Of a DNA stretch of 64,000 nt, positions 18,029-26,926 are shown one piece after another (within the stretch, counting starts at the first letter, position 1; each line of letters begins with the position of its first letter). The position numbers and the translations under genes are program-made. Below the pieces are notes generated by a model. The model had not been told where the DNA came from. It was given only the letters and a program-made list of their open reading frames with translations, and searched no databases. The DNA comes from a virus (lineage: Duplodnaviria > Caudoviricetes), in IMG/VR virus record IMGVR_UViG_3300046528_000200, positions 23,477 to 87,476 of that record, one strand, 5' to 3'.

Positions 18029-19524
18029 CAAACGCCCAGTACCTCGCCTGGCTGAACGACCCCTCCGCCATCCGCATGGTGCTGGTGGAGGCGGTCGCCA
18101 GCGTGAACGGGGTCGACACCACGTTCTACCTGTCGACCCTGCCCTACACCAGCGCGGCCGCCGACACGCCGGCGAACCAGCCTTACCGTGCCGCGCTGAT
18201 CGCTTCCGACCTGCAGACCACGGAAGGCCTCTCGCTCGACGGCAGCGCCACCATGACGGTGGGCGACATCGGCGTGCAAAATGCCGACGGCGCCTACGAC
18301 GCGTGGCTCGGCTATGTCTGGACCAACCGCCCGGTCACCATCCTGTTCGGCGACGTGCGCTGGCCACGCAGCGACTTCCAGGTGATCTTCAACGGCGTGT
18401 CCGCCGACATCGGCAACAAATCGCGCACCTCGGTCAACCTGAAGATCCGCGACAAGCTCGAGCGCCTGAACGCGGCGATCTCCGAACACCTGGTGGGCGG
18501 CACCACGTCGAACCAGGGCGCGATGGTGCCGCTGGCATTTGGCGAAGTGGTCAACGTCACGCCGCTGCTGATCGACCCAACCACCTTGCAGTATCAGGTG
18601 CACGACGGCGCGATCAACGGCCTGATCGAGGTGCGCGACAACGGCGTGCCGATCGCCAACGACACGCTCGGCTGGGCCAAGGTCACGGTGGACGCCGCGC
18701 ACGGCACCTTCCGGCTGGCCAGCACGCCGGCCGGCACCCTGACAGTCTCGCTGCAGGGCGACATCGGCGGCGGCAGCTACGCGAGCACGGTGGCCGGCAT
18801 CGTCAAGCGCATCGCCACCGGCTACGGCTACACGGGCAACCAGTTCAGCGCTGGCGAGATCGACGCGACCAACTTCGCGGCGTTCGACACTGCGCACCCG
18901 CAGCCGATCGGCATCAGCGTGACTGGCACCACCAACTCGCTCTCCGTGATCCAGCAGGCGACCGGCGCCCTGCAGGCGCAGCTGGTGGCATCGCGCACCG
19001 GCCTGCTGCAACTGCAGCAGATCGACTTTAGCAACCTGGTGCCGAGCTTCGACATTAAGCCGGCCCACATGGTCGAGCACAGCATTTACCCTCAGGCGCG
19101 GGAACTCGTGCAAGCCTCGGTGGTACTGACCTTCTGCCAGAACCAGACCCAGCAGGCGAACCTGACAACCAGCTTGCCGGCCGAGGCGCTCTCGCTCATG
19201 GGCAAGGCGAACTTCGAGTCGACCGCGGTAGACGTTTCCGTCAAGACACTGTATAAGCTGACGACGGAGCCGACGAAGGTCGACACTGTGCTGCTGCGCC
19301 GGATCGATGCCGATGCCGAAGCGCAGCGCAGACTGAACATCTGCAAGGTGCCGCGCACGACCTACCAATTCGACGGCTTCGCCGCGCTGTTCCAGCTGCA
19401 GCTGAACCAGGCGGTCCGGCTCTTCCACCCGCGGTTCAACCTTGCCGCCGGCGCCGCAGGCCTTGTGGTTTCGATGACCACGAACTGGGCACTTGGCCGC
19501 ACCACTGTTGGAGTCATGGTCTGA
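18025..19524 (+). CDS. Tail tip/hub-like protein
   Basis: ATGA-coupled to the tape measure; 499 aa; PLAFGEVVNVTP motif of a type seen in tail-tip proteins. Confidence 0.7.
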   Translation: MTNAQYLAWLNDPSAIRMVLVEAVASVNGVDTTFYLSTLPYTSAAADTPANQPYRAALIASDLQTTEGLSLDGSATMTVGDIGVQNADGAYDAWLGYVWTNRPVTILFGDVRWPRSDFQVIFNGVSADIGNKSRTSVNLKIRDKLERLNAAISEHLVGGTTSNQGAMVPLAFGEVVNVTPLLIDPTTLQYQVHDGAINGLIEVRDNGVPIANDTLGWAKVTVDAAHGTFRLASTPAGTLTVSLQGDIGGGSYASTVAGIVKRIATGYGYTGNQFSAGEIDATNFAAFDTAHPQPIGISVTGTTNSLSVIQQATGALQAQLVASRTGLLQLQQIDFSNLVPSFDIKPAHMVEHSIYPQARELVQASVVLTFCQNQTQQANLTTSLPAEALSLMGKANFESTAVDVSVKTLYKLTTEPTKVDTVLLRRIDADAEAQRRLNICKVPRTTYQFDGFAALFQLQLNQAVRLFHPRFNLAAGAAGLVVSMTTNWALGRTTVGVMV

Positions 19525-20246
19525 TGGTAGCGCCCGTTAACGATTTCGATGTCCGCCTGCAGGCCGAGACGGTGCGCACGCTGGCGCCGCGCGGCGGCCT
19601 GATCCTGTCGGCGACGTCCAACGTGGTCACGGTGGGCGCCGGCGGCGCCGGCTCGCCATCGATCATCACGCTGGTGGCGACGCCGCTCAGCCTCGTCGGC
19701 ACCGTGGCCTGGACGACGTCGCCGTCGGTGCCACTGACCATCGACCAGACCGGTCTGATCGCCACGCTGGCCTATGCCGACATGGGCACCAGCAGCGTGG
19801 TGGTGACCGCCACGCTGACCGCCAACAGCCTGACCTACGCCGACAGCCGCACGATCTCGCAGGTCTCGATCGGCAGCCTCGGCTACACCGGCGCCCTCGA
19901 CGCCACGCGCAACAACAGCGCGCAAGGCACGCTTGCGAACCGGCCAACGGGCGCGAACGGCGACTTCTACTTCGCGACCGACACCTTGACCCTGTACCAG
20001 AAGGTGAGCGGCTCTTGGGCCAATGCGGCCACCGCCGGCGCCACGCTGGGCACCGACGTGCGCGGCTCGATCAGCGACACCAACGTCGGCAGCCTCGTCA
20101 CGGTCTCGAGCGTCTCGAAGCTGACCACCTATCTCGGCACTTTCAAGACCGGCGTCAGCGGCGCGCGCGCCGAGCTCAGCGACGGCGGGCTGAAGGTGGT
20201 GTCCAGCGCCGGCGCCACGATCCGCATCGGGAATTCCTCGCTATGA
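19524..20246 (+). CDS. Tail fibre-proximal minor tail protein
   Basis: TGATG coupling; Thr/Ser/Gly-rich, 240 aa. Confidence 0.6.
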   Translation: MVAPVNDFDVRLQAETVRTLAPRGGLILSATSNVVTVGAGGAGSPSIITLVATPLSLVGTVAWTTSPSVPLTIDQTGLIATLAYADMGTSSVVVTATLTANSLTYADSRTISQVSIGSLGYTGALDATRNNSAQGTLANRPTGANGDFYFATDTLTLYQKVSGSWANAATAGATLGTDVRGSISDTNVGSLVTVSSVSKLTTYLGTFKTGVSGARAELSDGGLKVVSSAGATIRIGNSSL

Positions 20247-22405
20247 CGTTCGGCTTCGAGGTGATGCGCGCGAACGGCTCGATCATGACGAATGGCCTGT
20301 CCAAGGGCGGCGTCCTGATCGACGTGCTGACGTGCCCGGCCGGCACCACCGGCAGCAAGAGCTACCCGCGCAGCCACATGGCAGGCCTCAGCTACTATTT
20401 CGCGCGCGCGGGCGCGCACTTGATCAGCCTGGCCGACCAGGTCGGCGGTGACGGCACCGTGCAGGGCACGGTGAAGTGGGCATGGACCGCCAGCGGCTGG
20501 CAGCAGGACACGGTGCTGCTGGTGTTCGCCAAGCGGCTTGATTCGGCCGACACCTTCGGCATCCAGCTGACGAACGACGCCGGCGATATTCTGGTCGACC
20601 CGCTATACCCGGCGCCGCAATTCGCTGGCACCGTGCAGCTGGGCACCAACGCCACCATGAGCTACATGACGCCGGACGGCTACAAGGCCAATGTCCACTC
20701 GGTCACGGTGAACATGCGCGCCGGTGCCGACAAGATGATCCTGATGAACCTGCCGGACTCCGGCGCCAACGACACCTGGTACCAGCTGCGCAAGGAATAC
20801 GCGCTGGCCAGCGAGTCAAGCGCGCTGGTGGAGGTGGTGGTCTACACGAAGGCCGCCAGCTACCAGCTGCCGTCGCTGCACTTTTACGCCGTCAACAGCC
20901 CGATCTCGTCCGGGTCTGCATTCACGGTGTCGGTGCGCACGCCCAGCCAGCAGATCACTTACGACGCCGCGGCCGAGGGCTTTAGCGGCGTTGCCGAGCT
21001 GCAGATGACGTACGTGGGCTACAGCTACACGACGACCTACAGCCTGCCGGCCGGTTATACCTGCGGCGTGTCGGTGCCCTTCTACCGGCAGCAGGCCACC
21101 ACTGCGAACGGGACCGCCTACGACGAGTCGGTCTATGTCGGGGTCGGCAGGCGGGTCGGCACCCAGCTCACACTTGGGGTCATGCTTGACGCGCGCAGGA
21201 CGGTGGCATCAAGCTCGGCAGCCGTGTACACCGCTGGCGGCACCCAGCTGCGCTATAGCCCGGTGGCCGACATCAGCCAGCTGTCGCCGACGACCATCAC
21301 CGGCACGCCGGCGGCGATCAGCACGCTGCCGTCATTCACCCTGCAACCGAACAACCAGGCGGTGCACCCAGGCCAGAGCGCGACTTTCACGGTCGCGGCA
21401 ACTGGCAATCCGGCGCCGACGTTTCAGTGGTACATGAACGAGGGCGCGGTGCCGGGCGCCACCAGCACCAGCATTACGCTGACGGCTGGCAGCACGCCGA
21501 GCGACACGGCGCTGTACTGCCGCGCCATCAACAGCATGGGCACCGTTAACAGCAACACGGCCTACTTCACCGTGACCAATCTGGTCAACGCCCAGATCAC
21601 CAGCACGCAGGGGCACGGCGGCTACGTGGGTGACGTCGTGACATTCTCGATGGCTGCATCGGGCGACCCTGTCCCGTACTGCACCATCACAGGCGCCGGC
21701 GGCATCTCGGCGGCCGGCTACGGATCCTGCTCGACCACAGTCACGCTGGCGCTGGCCAACAGCGGCTCCGTCGACTATAGGGCCGACAATCGGGAGGGTG
21801 CCTATGGTGCGGTAGATTCCATCCACACCAGCATCACGGTGACCAACACACCGCCCCCGCCGCCGACCACGCCAGTGGTCACCCAGCAGGTGGGCGATGC
21901 CTACGTCACCGAGGGCGACGCGTCCTCGTTCACCTTCATCGCCAGCCCGGTCACCAGCTACCAGTGGTATCGCAACGGCTCGCCCGTGTCCGGAGAGACG
22001 GGCAGCGGCATTTACATCGGCACGACGACCCTTGCCAATAACGGCGACCAGTATTCCTGCATCGCCTACAACGGCACCGCGTCGACGTCGTCGAGCACCG
22101 GCGTGCTGCACGTGAGCGCCAGGGCCACGCCCAGCCCGGTGTTTTCGCAGCAGCCAGGCGACTGCTATGTGACCGCGCCGGACCCAGCCTCATTCGCTTG
22201 TTCCGCCAGCCCGGTCACCAGCTACCAATGGTATAGGAATGGCTCTGCTGTCAGCGGCGCCACCGGCAGCGGCATTTACATCGGCAGGACCTTCCCTAAC
22301 GACGACGGTAGTGCTTTCTGGTGCATTGCGTCTTATACTTCCGGCGGGGTCACCACCTCCACGATTTCCGACACGGCGTACCTGAACGTCTCCTCCAACG
22401 CTTAA
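20243..22405 (+). CDS. Tail fibre/adhesin with C-terminal Ig-like domains
   Basis: Start reassigned to ATG 20243 (ATGA overlap). C-half has 3-4 I-set-like modules (FTLQP...FQWY...LYC; YQWYRNG...YSC; YQWYRNG...FWC). Confidence 0.75.
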   Translation: MTFGFEVMRANGSIMTNGLSKGGVLIDVLTCPAGTTGSKSYPRSHMAGLSYYFARAGAHLISLADQVGGDGTVQGTVKWAWTASGWQQDTVLLVFAKRLDSADTFGIQLTNDAGDILVDPLYPAPQFAGTVQLGTNATMSYMTPDGYKANVHSVTVNMRAGADKMILMNLPDSGANDTWYQLRKEYALASESSALVEVVVYTKAASYQLPSLHFYAVNSPISSGSAFTVSVRTPSQQITYDAAAEGFSGVAELQMTYVGYSYTTTYSLPAGYTCGVSVPFYRQQATTANGTAYDESVYVGVGRRVGTQLTLGVMLDARRTVASSSAAVYTAGGTQLRYSPVADISQLSPTTITGTPAAISTLPSFTLQPNNQAVHPGQSATFTVAATGNPAPTFQWYMNEGAVPGATSTSITLTAGSTPSDTALYCRAINSMGTVNSNTAYFTVTNLVNAQITSTQGHGGYVGDVVTFSMAASGDPVPYCTITGAGGISAAGYGSCSTTVTLALANSGSVDYRADNREGAYGAVDSIHTSITVTNTPPPPPTTPVVTQQVGDAYVTEGDASSFTFIASPVTSYQWYRNGSPVSGETGSGIYIGTTTLANNGDQYSCIAYNGTASTSSSTGVLHVSARATPSPVFSQQPGDCYVTAPDPASFACSASPVTSYQWYRNGSAVSGATGSGIYIGRTFPNDDGSAFWCIASYTSGGVTTSTISDTAYLNVSSNA
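21941..22286 (+). repeat. Duplicated Ig-domain coding segment (about 21941-22021 and 22206-22286)
   Basis: GCCAGCCCGGTCACCAGCTACCARTGGTAT...GGCAGCGGCATTTACATCGGC occurs twice. Confidence 0.8.
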
Positions 22406-22419
22406 AGCCCGGACCCGAC

Positions 22420-22758
22420 ATGGCCATTATCTCTGCACAGACCGCCCCGAATTTCGCCGTTGGCAATTACCATCGCATCCTGCGCGCCGAGATCAACTGC
22501 GCGCCAGGCGACCCGAATCCACGCTGGGTGGTGCTGCTGGGGTTCTATGCCAACGAATACGCGCGCGACCAGGCGGGAGACGCGCCGCTCTACACGCGTA
22601 CCCGCACGATCGACTTCGCCCAGCTGCTCGAACTTGGCCTGCCAGATCCGCGCATCGGGCTGTACGATTACCTGCTCAACCACGACCCGCTCTTCAAGGA
22701 CGTCGACGCCGCTTCCGACGAGACGCCAGAGGCGGCGCCAGCGCCCAGCTCCGCCTAG
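22420..22758 (+). CDS. Small tail-associated protein (possible fibre chaperone)
   Basis: ATG 22420 (MAIISAQTAP...), directly after the fibre gene. Confidence 0.55.
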   Translation: MAIISAQTAPNFAVGNYHRILRAEINCAPGDPNPRWVVLLGFYANEYARDQAGDAPLYTRTRTIDFAQLLELGLPDPRIGLYDYLLNHDPLFKDVDAASDETPEAAPAPSSA

Positions 22759-22784
22759 GCAAACAGCTGGCAATGTGGTATTTT
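22756..22784 (+). promoter_or_regulatory. Promoter with tandem GGCAA (22758, 22769)
   Basis: TAGGCA-17 bp-TATTTT with extended TG. Confidence 0.4.
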
Positions 22785-22814
22785 CGGGAGGAATAATTTC
22801 CTTCCGGAACTCCC

Positions 22815-24176
22815 ATGCCCAACCTCCGCGTCATCTCCGACAACGCGATCGAACGCGCGACCCTGACCGCCTCGACCACGGCAAGTAATTTTGCCCTTTC
22901 GAATCTCGTCTCAGGCCGGAAGTCGGACGTATGGCGCAGCACGGCCACCAGTGCGCGTCTGGGCGCGACGTGGGCGGCAGCCGAGGCGGTCCAGGGTGTG
23001 GCTCTACCGTTCTGCAATCTCTCCCCGACGGCGACTGTGCGCGTGCGCGCCACCAGCGAGCCGGCCGTCACAAACCTGTTCACCTACAGTGAGCAGATGG
23101 ACAACGCAGCGTGGACCAAGACTCGATCGACCGTCCCTGCGACCAACAGCACCGCGCCGGATGGCACCACTACGGCAGACACCCTGCAAGGTGATGGGAC
23201 CGGCTCTTCTTACGCCTACCAGTCGAAGACACTGTCGTCGGCTGGCACCTACCCTGTCTCGGTGTTCGTGAAGGCCGGCACCTATGCCGGCAGCTTCTCA
23301 ATCCGCGATCTGACTGATGGCGGCATTGTTTCCGTCGACCTGACGACCCTTGCAGTGTCCGCCAGCGGCAACTTCTCATCGCCCAAGTTGACCGCGCTCG
23401 CGAACGGCTGGTACCGGCTATCCGCCACGATCACTCCGCTCACGACCGGCAGCAAGGACATCAGCATCTTCAACGCCAACACGACTGGCAACGTGCTCGT
23501 TTGGGGCGTCATGCTGGGATCGGGCTCCGGTGCGCTGACCTCCTACTACCCGTCTGTCGCGTCGCCGGGCGTCCGGCCGCTCGGCTACATTGACAGCTGG
23601 CAGAGCTACAGCTACGACAGTGGCAACGTGCTGGCCTGCCCGGTACCGGCCGTCACCCTGCGCGGCTTCACGGCGGCGCAGGCGGCGAGCGCCTATGCGT
23701 TCGGCGGCGGCGCCACCGCGCGCCACTGGATGCCGGCGGCCATACAGGCCTACGGCCTGGCCGTCGACATCGTGGACACTGGCAATCTGCAGGGCTACAT
23801 CGAGGCCGCTTTCCTGCTGGCCGGCCCCTACTGGGAAGCAGCGACCAACTTCGATTACGGCGCCAGCGCCCAGCTGATCGATTCGACCAAGAGCGAGCGC
23901 AGCGACGCCGGTGACCTGGTCAGCGACGCCGGCACGATCAGCAAGAAGCTCAGCCTGCCCTTCTCCAAGTTGTCGCCGACGGACCGCGCAACCTTGTGGA
24001 GCATCCTGCGTGCGAACGGTAGCCGCTATCCGGTGTTCGTCAGCATGTTCCCAGGCAGCAGCGACCTTGCGCTCGAGCGTGACCACCAGGTCTACGGCAA
24101 GCTGGTGCAGCTGCCGGCGATGAGTCTGCCTTTCTTCAACCTTGCGTCTGCTACGGTCGAAATCGAATCGATCTAG
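22815..24176 (+). CDS. Distal-tail (Dit)-like minor tail protein with inserted carbohydrate-binding-like domain
   Basis: N- and C-terminal halves look like a minor tail protein. The insert is TNLFTYSEQ...APDGTTTADTL...NGWYRLS...WGVML...TSYYP. Confidence 0.6.
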   Translation: MPNLRVISDNAIERATLTASTTASNFALSNLVSGRKSDVWRSTATSARLGATWAAAEAVQGVALPFCNLSPTATVRVRATSEPAVTNLFTYSEQMDNAAWTKTRSTVPATNSTAPDGTTTADTLQGDGTGSSYAYQSKTLSSAGTYPVSVFVKAGTYAGSFSIRDLTDGGIVSVDLTTLAVSASGNFSSPKLTALANGWYRLSATITPLTTGSKDISIFNANTTGNVLVWGVMLGSGSGALTSYYPSVASPGVRPLGYIDSWQSYSYDSGNVLACPVPAVTLRGFTAAQAASAYAFGGGATARHWMPAAIQAYGLAVDIVDTGNLQGYIEAAFLLAGPYWEAATNFDYGASAQLIDSTKSERSDAGDLVSDAGTISKKLSLPFSKLSPTDRATLWSILRANGSRYPVFVSMFPGSSDLALERDHQVYGKLVQLPAMSLPFFNLASATVEIESI

Positions 24177-24305
24177 TCCTACGCGCATGCGCGGTTTATG
24201 CCTACAGGATGTTTCCTGTGGACTATTGCAACATGGCACAATTTTTGCTGGACTAACCGAACAGCAACATCTAAAATTCCTCTAATCAACTTTGGAGGGA
24301 TCGTC

Positions 24306-24401
24306 ATGTACCGTGCGTTCGCCGTTGCCTGCTTCCTCCTGGTATTCCTCGGAGACCTCGTTTCTGAGTTGTTTGACAACGAATACGAGGTGCATGAATG
24401 A
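24306..24401 (+). CDS. 31-aa membrane peptide at the head of the lysis cassette
   Basis: SD GGAGG then ATG 24306 (MYRAFAVACFLLVFLGDLVSELFDNEYEVHE); ATGA-coupled to the next gene. Confidence 0.55.
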   Translation: MYRAFAVACFLLVFLGDLVSELFDNEYEVHE

Positions 24402-24634
24402 CACTGGCCGAAGCCAAGACCCACTGGGACCATCTGCGCGCAATTATCGAGCCTCATCAGCGCGAGGTCGACAACTCCGTTGTTGCTCTTTCCGTCGTCG
24501 CCTTCTTCGGCTGGCTTCCACACCTGACGATGCTGGTTACATTCATGTGGTCCTGCATCCGGTTCTACGAGACCAAGACCGTACAGGGGTGGCTCGGGCG
24601 CCATCCTCCCAAGGAGGAATCCGATGCTCCATAA
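24398..24634 (+). CDS. Holin/antiholin-like membrane protein
   Basis: Hydrophobic segment plus IRFYETKTVQGWLG motif, upstream of the endolysin. Confidence 0.65.
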   Translation: MTLAEAKTHWDHLRAIIEPHQREVDNSVVALSVVAFFGWLPHLTMLVTFMWSCIRFYETKTVQGWLGRHPPKEESDAP

Positions 24635-24875
24635 CTGGAAAGCCGCCATCCTCTCAGACCTGAAGCGCTGGCGCACCTGGCTCAACATGCTCCTGCTCGC
24701 CGCCCTGCCGTGGGCCGCCGAGATCAAGCAGCTCCTGGCCGACAACCTGACGGCTCTGCAGCCGTACCTCCCCGAAAACGTCTACAAGTTCATGGGCGGC
24801 GCCGTCGTCGTGACCGGCATGATCCTGAGCCTGGTGGCTTCTCACCGGGCAGTGAAAGCTGCCAATGACGCCTGA
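24624..24875 (+). CDS. Holin-like two-TM protein
   Basis: SD AAGGAGG; two hydrophobic segments; overlaps the endolysin start. Confidence 0.65.
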   Translation: MLHNWKAAILSDLKRWRTWLNMLLLAALPWAAEIKQLLADNLTALQPYLPENVYKFMGGAVVVTGMILSLVASHRAVKAANDA

Positions 24876-25515
24876 CCAGCTGCGCCACGCGGTACCCTCC
24901 ATGCCGATCGCGATCGCGCATGACGCCGCCATCGCCATCAACGCGGCCTGCGCTCGCTTCGACATCAGCACGACCCTCGAGCAGGCGCATTTCACCGTGC
25001 AGTGCCTGCATGAGTCGCGGGGCTTCATGAAGATGGTCGAGAGCCTTGACTACAAGGCTGAGCAGCTGTTGGTGGTCTGGCCGAAGCACTTTACTGCCGA
25101 GACGGCGCGCATGCATGGCCGGGTCGACCACACCAACGCCCATCCAGGCGAGAAACTCCACCCTGCCAACCCAGCGATGATCGCCAACATCGCGTATGCC
25201 AAGCGTTTCGGGAATGGCTCGATCGAGAGCGGCGACGGATTTCGCTTCCGTGGCCGCGGCCCGGGCCAGTTGACGTTTGCCGAGAATTACCGAAAGTGCG
25301 GGGCTGCGCTGGGCCTGAACCTGCTCCAATTCCCGGAGCAGGTGGCGCAGATCCAGGTCGGCACTGCTGCCTTTGGCTGGTTCTGGTCCACGCACGGCTG
25401 CGCAGCGCCAGCGCGCGTCAACAACCTTGGGTGTGTGCGCCTGAAGGTCAACGGCGGCGACCTCGGCCTTGACGCCTGCGAAGGCCTGCTCGACAAACTG
25501 CTGGAGGTCCTATGA
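24865..25515 (+). CDS. Endolysin, glycoside hydrolase family 19
   Basis: HES...E, GDGFRFRGRG..QLT...NY and VNGG motifs. Confidence 0.9.
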   Translation: MTPDQLRHAVPSMPIAIAHDAAIAINAACARFDISTTLEQAHFTVQCLHESRGFMKMVESLDYKAEQLLVVWPKHFTAETARMHGRVDHTNAHPGEKLHPANPAMIANIAYAKRFGNGSIESGDGFRFRGRGPGQLTFAENYRKCGAALGLNLLQFPEQVAQIQVGTAAFGWFWSTHGCAAPARVNNLGCVRLKVNGGDLGLDACEGLLDKLLEVL

Positions 25516-26048
25516 GCCTAGCCGACATCATCGTGCCGGCCTGGGCGCGCTGGGCCGCGATCGCCGCGCTGGCGCTGGCCAGCTACGGCACCGGCCGACT
25601 GCAGGAGGCACGCCATGCACAGGACCAGGTGATCACGAAGACAGTCACGCTGATCAAGACCCAAGTCCAGACGGTGACGAAAGTCGAGACCGTCTACCAG
25701 GACCGCATCCAGAAAATCTACCTCCAGGAGAAGAACCTTGCGTCCCTCATTCCAAGTGTCGTGCCACCTAGCGTGGATGAGCATTTCGCTGTTCCTGCTG
25801 GCTTCGTGCGCCTCGCCGGCGCCGCATGGTCTGGCGCCGCTCCTGGACCCGCCAGCGACGCTGACGCAGGACCCTCCGGAATTCGTTTCTCCGAGCTCGC
25901 AGCAGCAGAAGTCGGCAACGCCACCAGCTGCCGCGTCTGGCGCGAGCAAGCCCTCGGCTGGCGTGACTTCTACGCCCGCCAGCAAGTAACCTTCAACGGC
26001 CGCGCCGGTGACTGGTACCGCCCCGATGCTGGAGCTGAACGTCATTAA
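25512..26048 (+). CDS. i-spanin (Rz-like)
   Basis: N-terminal TM segment, then coiled/beta region with PAGFVRL motif, right after the endolysin. Confidence 0.75.
   Translation: MSLADIIVPAWARWAAIAALALASYGTGRLQEARHAQDQVITKTVTLIKTQVQTVTKVETVYQDRIQKIYLQEKNLASLIPSVVPPSVDEHFAVPAGFVRLAGAAWSGAAPGPASDADAGPSGIRFSELAAAEVGNATSCRVWREQALGWRDFYARQQVTFNGRAGDWYRPDAGAERH
25738..25989 (+). CDS. o-spanin (Rz1-like) lipoprotein embedded in +1 frame of Rz
   Basis: Lipobox LLAS-C followed by a Pro-rich mature part; start is TTG 25738 or ATG 25777. Confidence 0.6.
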   Translation: MRPSFQVSCHLAWMSISLFLLASCASPAPHGLAPLLDPPATLTQDPPEFVSPSSQQQKSATPPAAASGASKPSAGVTSTPASK

Positions 26049-26146
26049 GCTCCAGCGCGAAGCTGACGGGACCTTGCGCCCCGTCAGCATCCCCATCTGC
26101 TCCGTGGTCAACGGACGCGCCATCATCCCTGATCAGCAGGAACCAG

Positions 26147-26911
26147 ATGAACATCCTCATGATACCCGACGTCCAGGCCCGGCCCGGTGACGACTTTGAA
26201 TTCCTGCGCTGCATCGGCCGCTTGATCGTGGCCGAGAAGCCCGAGGTTGTGTTGTGTATCGGCGACTGGGCTGACATGCCCTCGCTTTCGTCCTACGACA
26301 AGGGCAAGAAGTCGTTCGAGGGGCGCCGATACCGCGCTGACGTCGAGGCCGCGCATCAGGCGATGGAAGCACTCCTTGGGCCGTTGCGCGACTACAATTT
26401 GCGGCGCGTCGCCAGCAAGCACGGCATTTACCGGCCGCGTATGGTGCTCACGATGGGCAACCACGAGGAGCGGATCCTGCGTACGATCAACAGCGAGCCG
26501 ATGCTGGCCGGCGCGATCGGGCTGGAAGACCTGAAGTACCTAGAATACGGTTGGGAGGTGTACGACTTCCTCGAGGTCGTGACAATCGAGGGCGTGGCCT
26601 TCAGCCACTACTTCACCACCGGGACTATGGGCCGGCCGGCGTCGAGCGCCCAGGCCCAGCTGAACAAGAAGCACATGAGCTGTGTCGCGGGCCACCAGCA
26701 GGGCCGCCAGATCGCAACCGCTTTCCGCGCTGACGGGCGCCAGATCACCTCGATCATCGCCGGGTCCTGCTACGAGCACCTGGAGGGTTATCTCGGCCCG
26801 CAGGGCAACAAGCACTGGCATGGTGTGGTCTACCTGAAGAACGTCGAAGACGGATGCTTCGACGAGCAGTTCATTCCGCTCGCCGAAGTCAAAGAAAAAT
26901 ACGCCGCCTGA
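26147..26911 (+). CDS. Calcineurin-like metallophosphoesterase
   Basis: PDVQ, GDWAD, GNHE and GH motifs. Confidence 0.85.
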   Translation: MNILMIPDVQARPGDDFEFLRCIGRLIVAEKPEVVLCIGDWADMPSLSSYDKGKKSFEGRRYRADVEAAHQAMEALLGPLRDYNLRRVASKHGIYRPRMVLTMGNHEERILRTINSEPMLAGAIGLEDLKYLEYGWEVYDFLEVVTIEGVAFSHYFTTGTMGRPASSAQAQLNKKHMSCVAGHQQGRQIATAFRADGRQITSIIAGSCYEHLEGYLGPQGNKHWHGVVYLKNVEDGCFDEQFIPLAEVKEKYAA

Positions 26912-26923
26912 AGCGGCGGCGTA
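26891..26923 (-). terminator. Terminator at convergent junction of late and replication arms
   Basis: TACGCCGCC-TGAAGC-GGCGGCGTA with a U-tract on the minus strand. Confidence 0.75.
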
Positions 26924-26926
26924 GGG

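Noticed and set aside
17414-22286. Possible diversity-generating retroelement template/variable repeats (DUF4214 pair; Ig pair)
   Set aside because: Mismatches are mostly synonymous and not adenine-specific, both copies lie inside one ORF, and no reverse transcriptase is in the window.
26026-26190. Small ORF MLELNVIKLQ... between spanin and phosphoesterase
   Set aside because: Overlaps both neighbours and has no SD or motif; cannot be supported.
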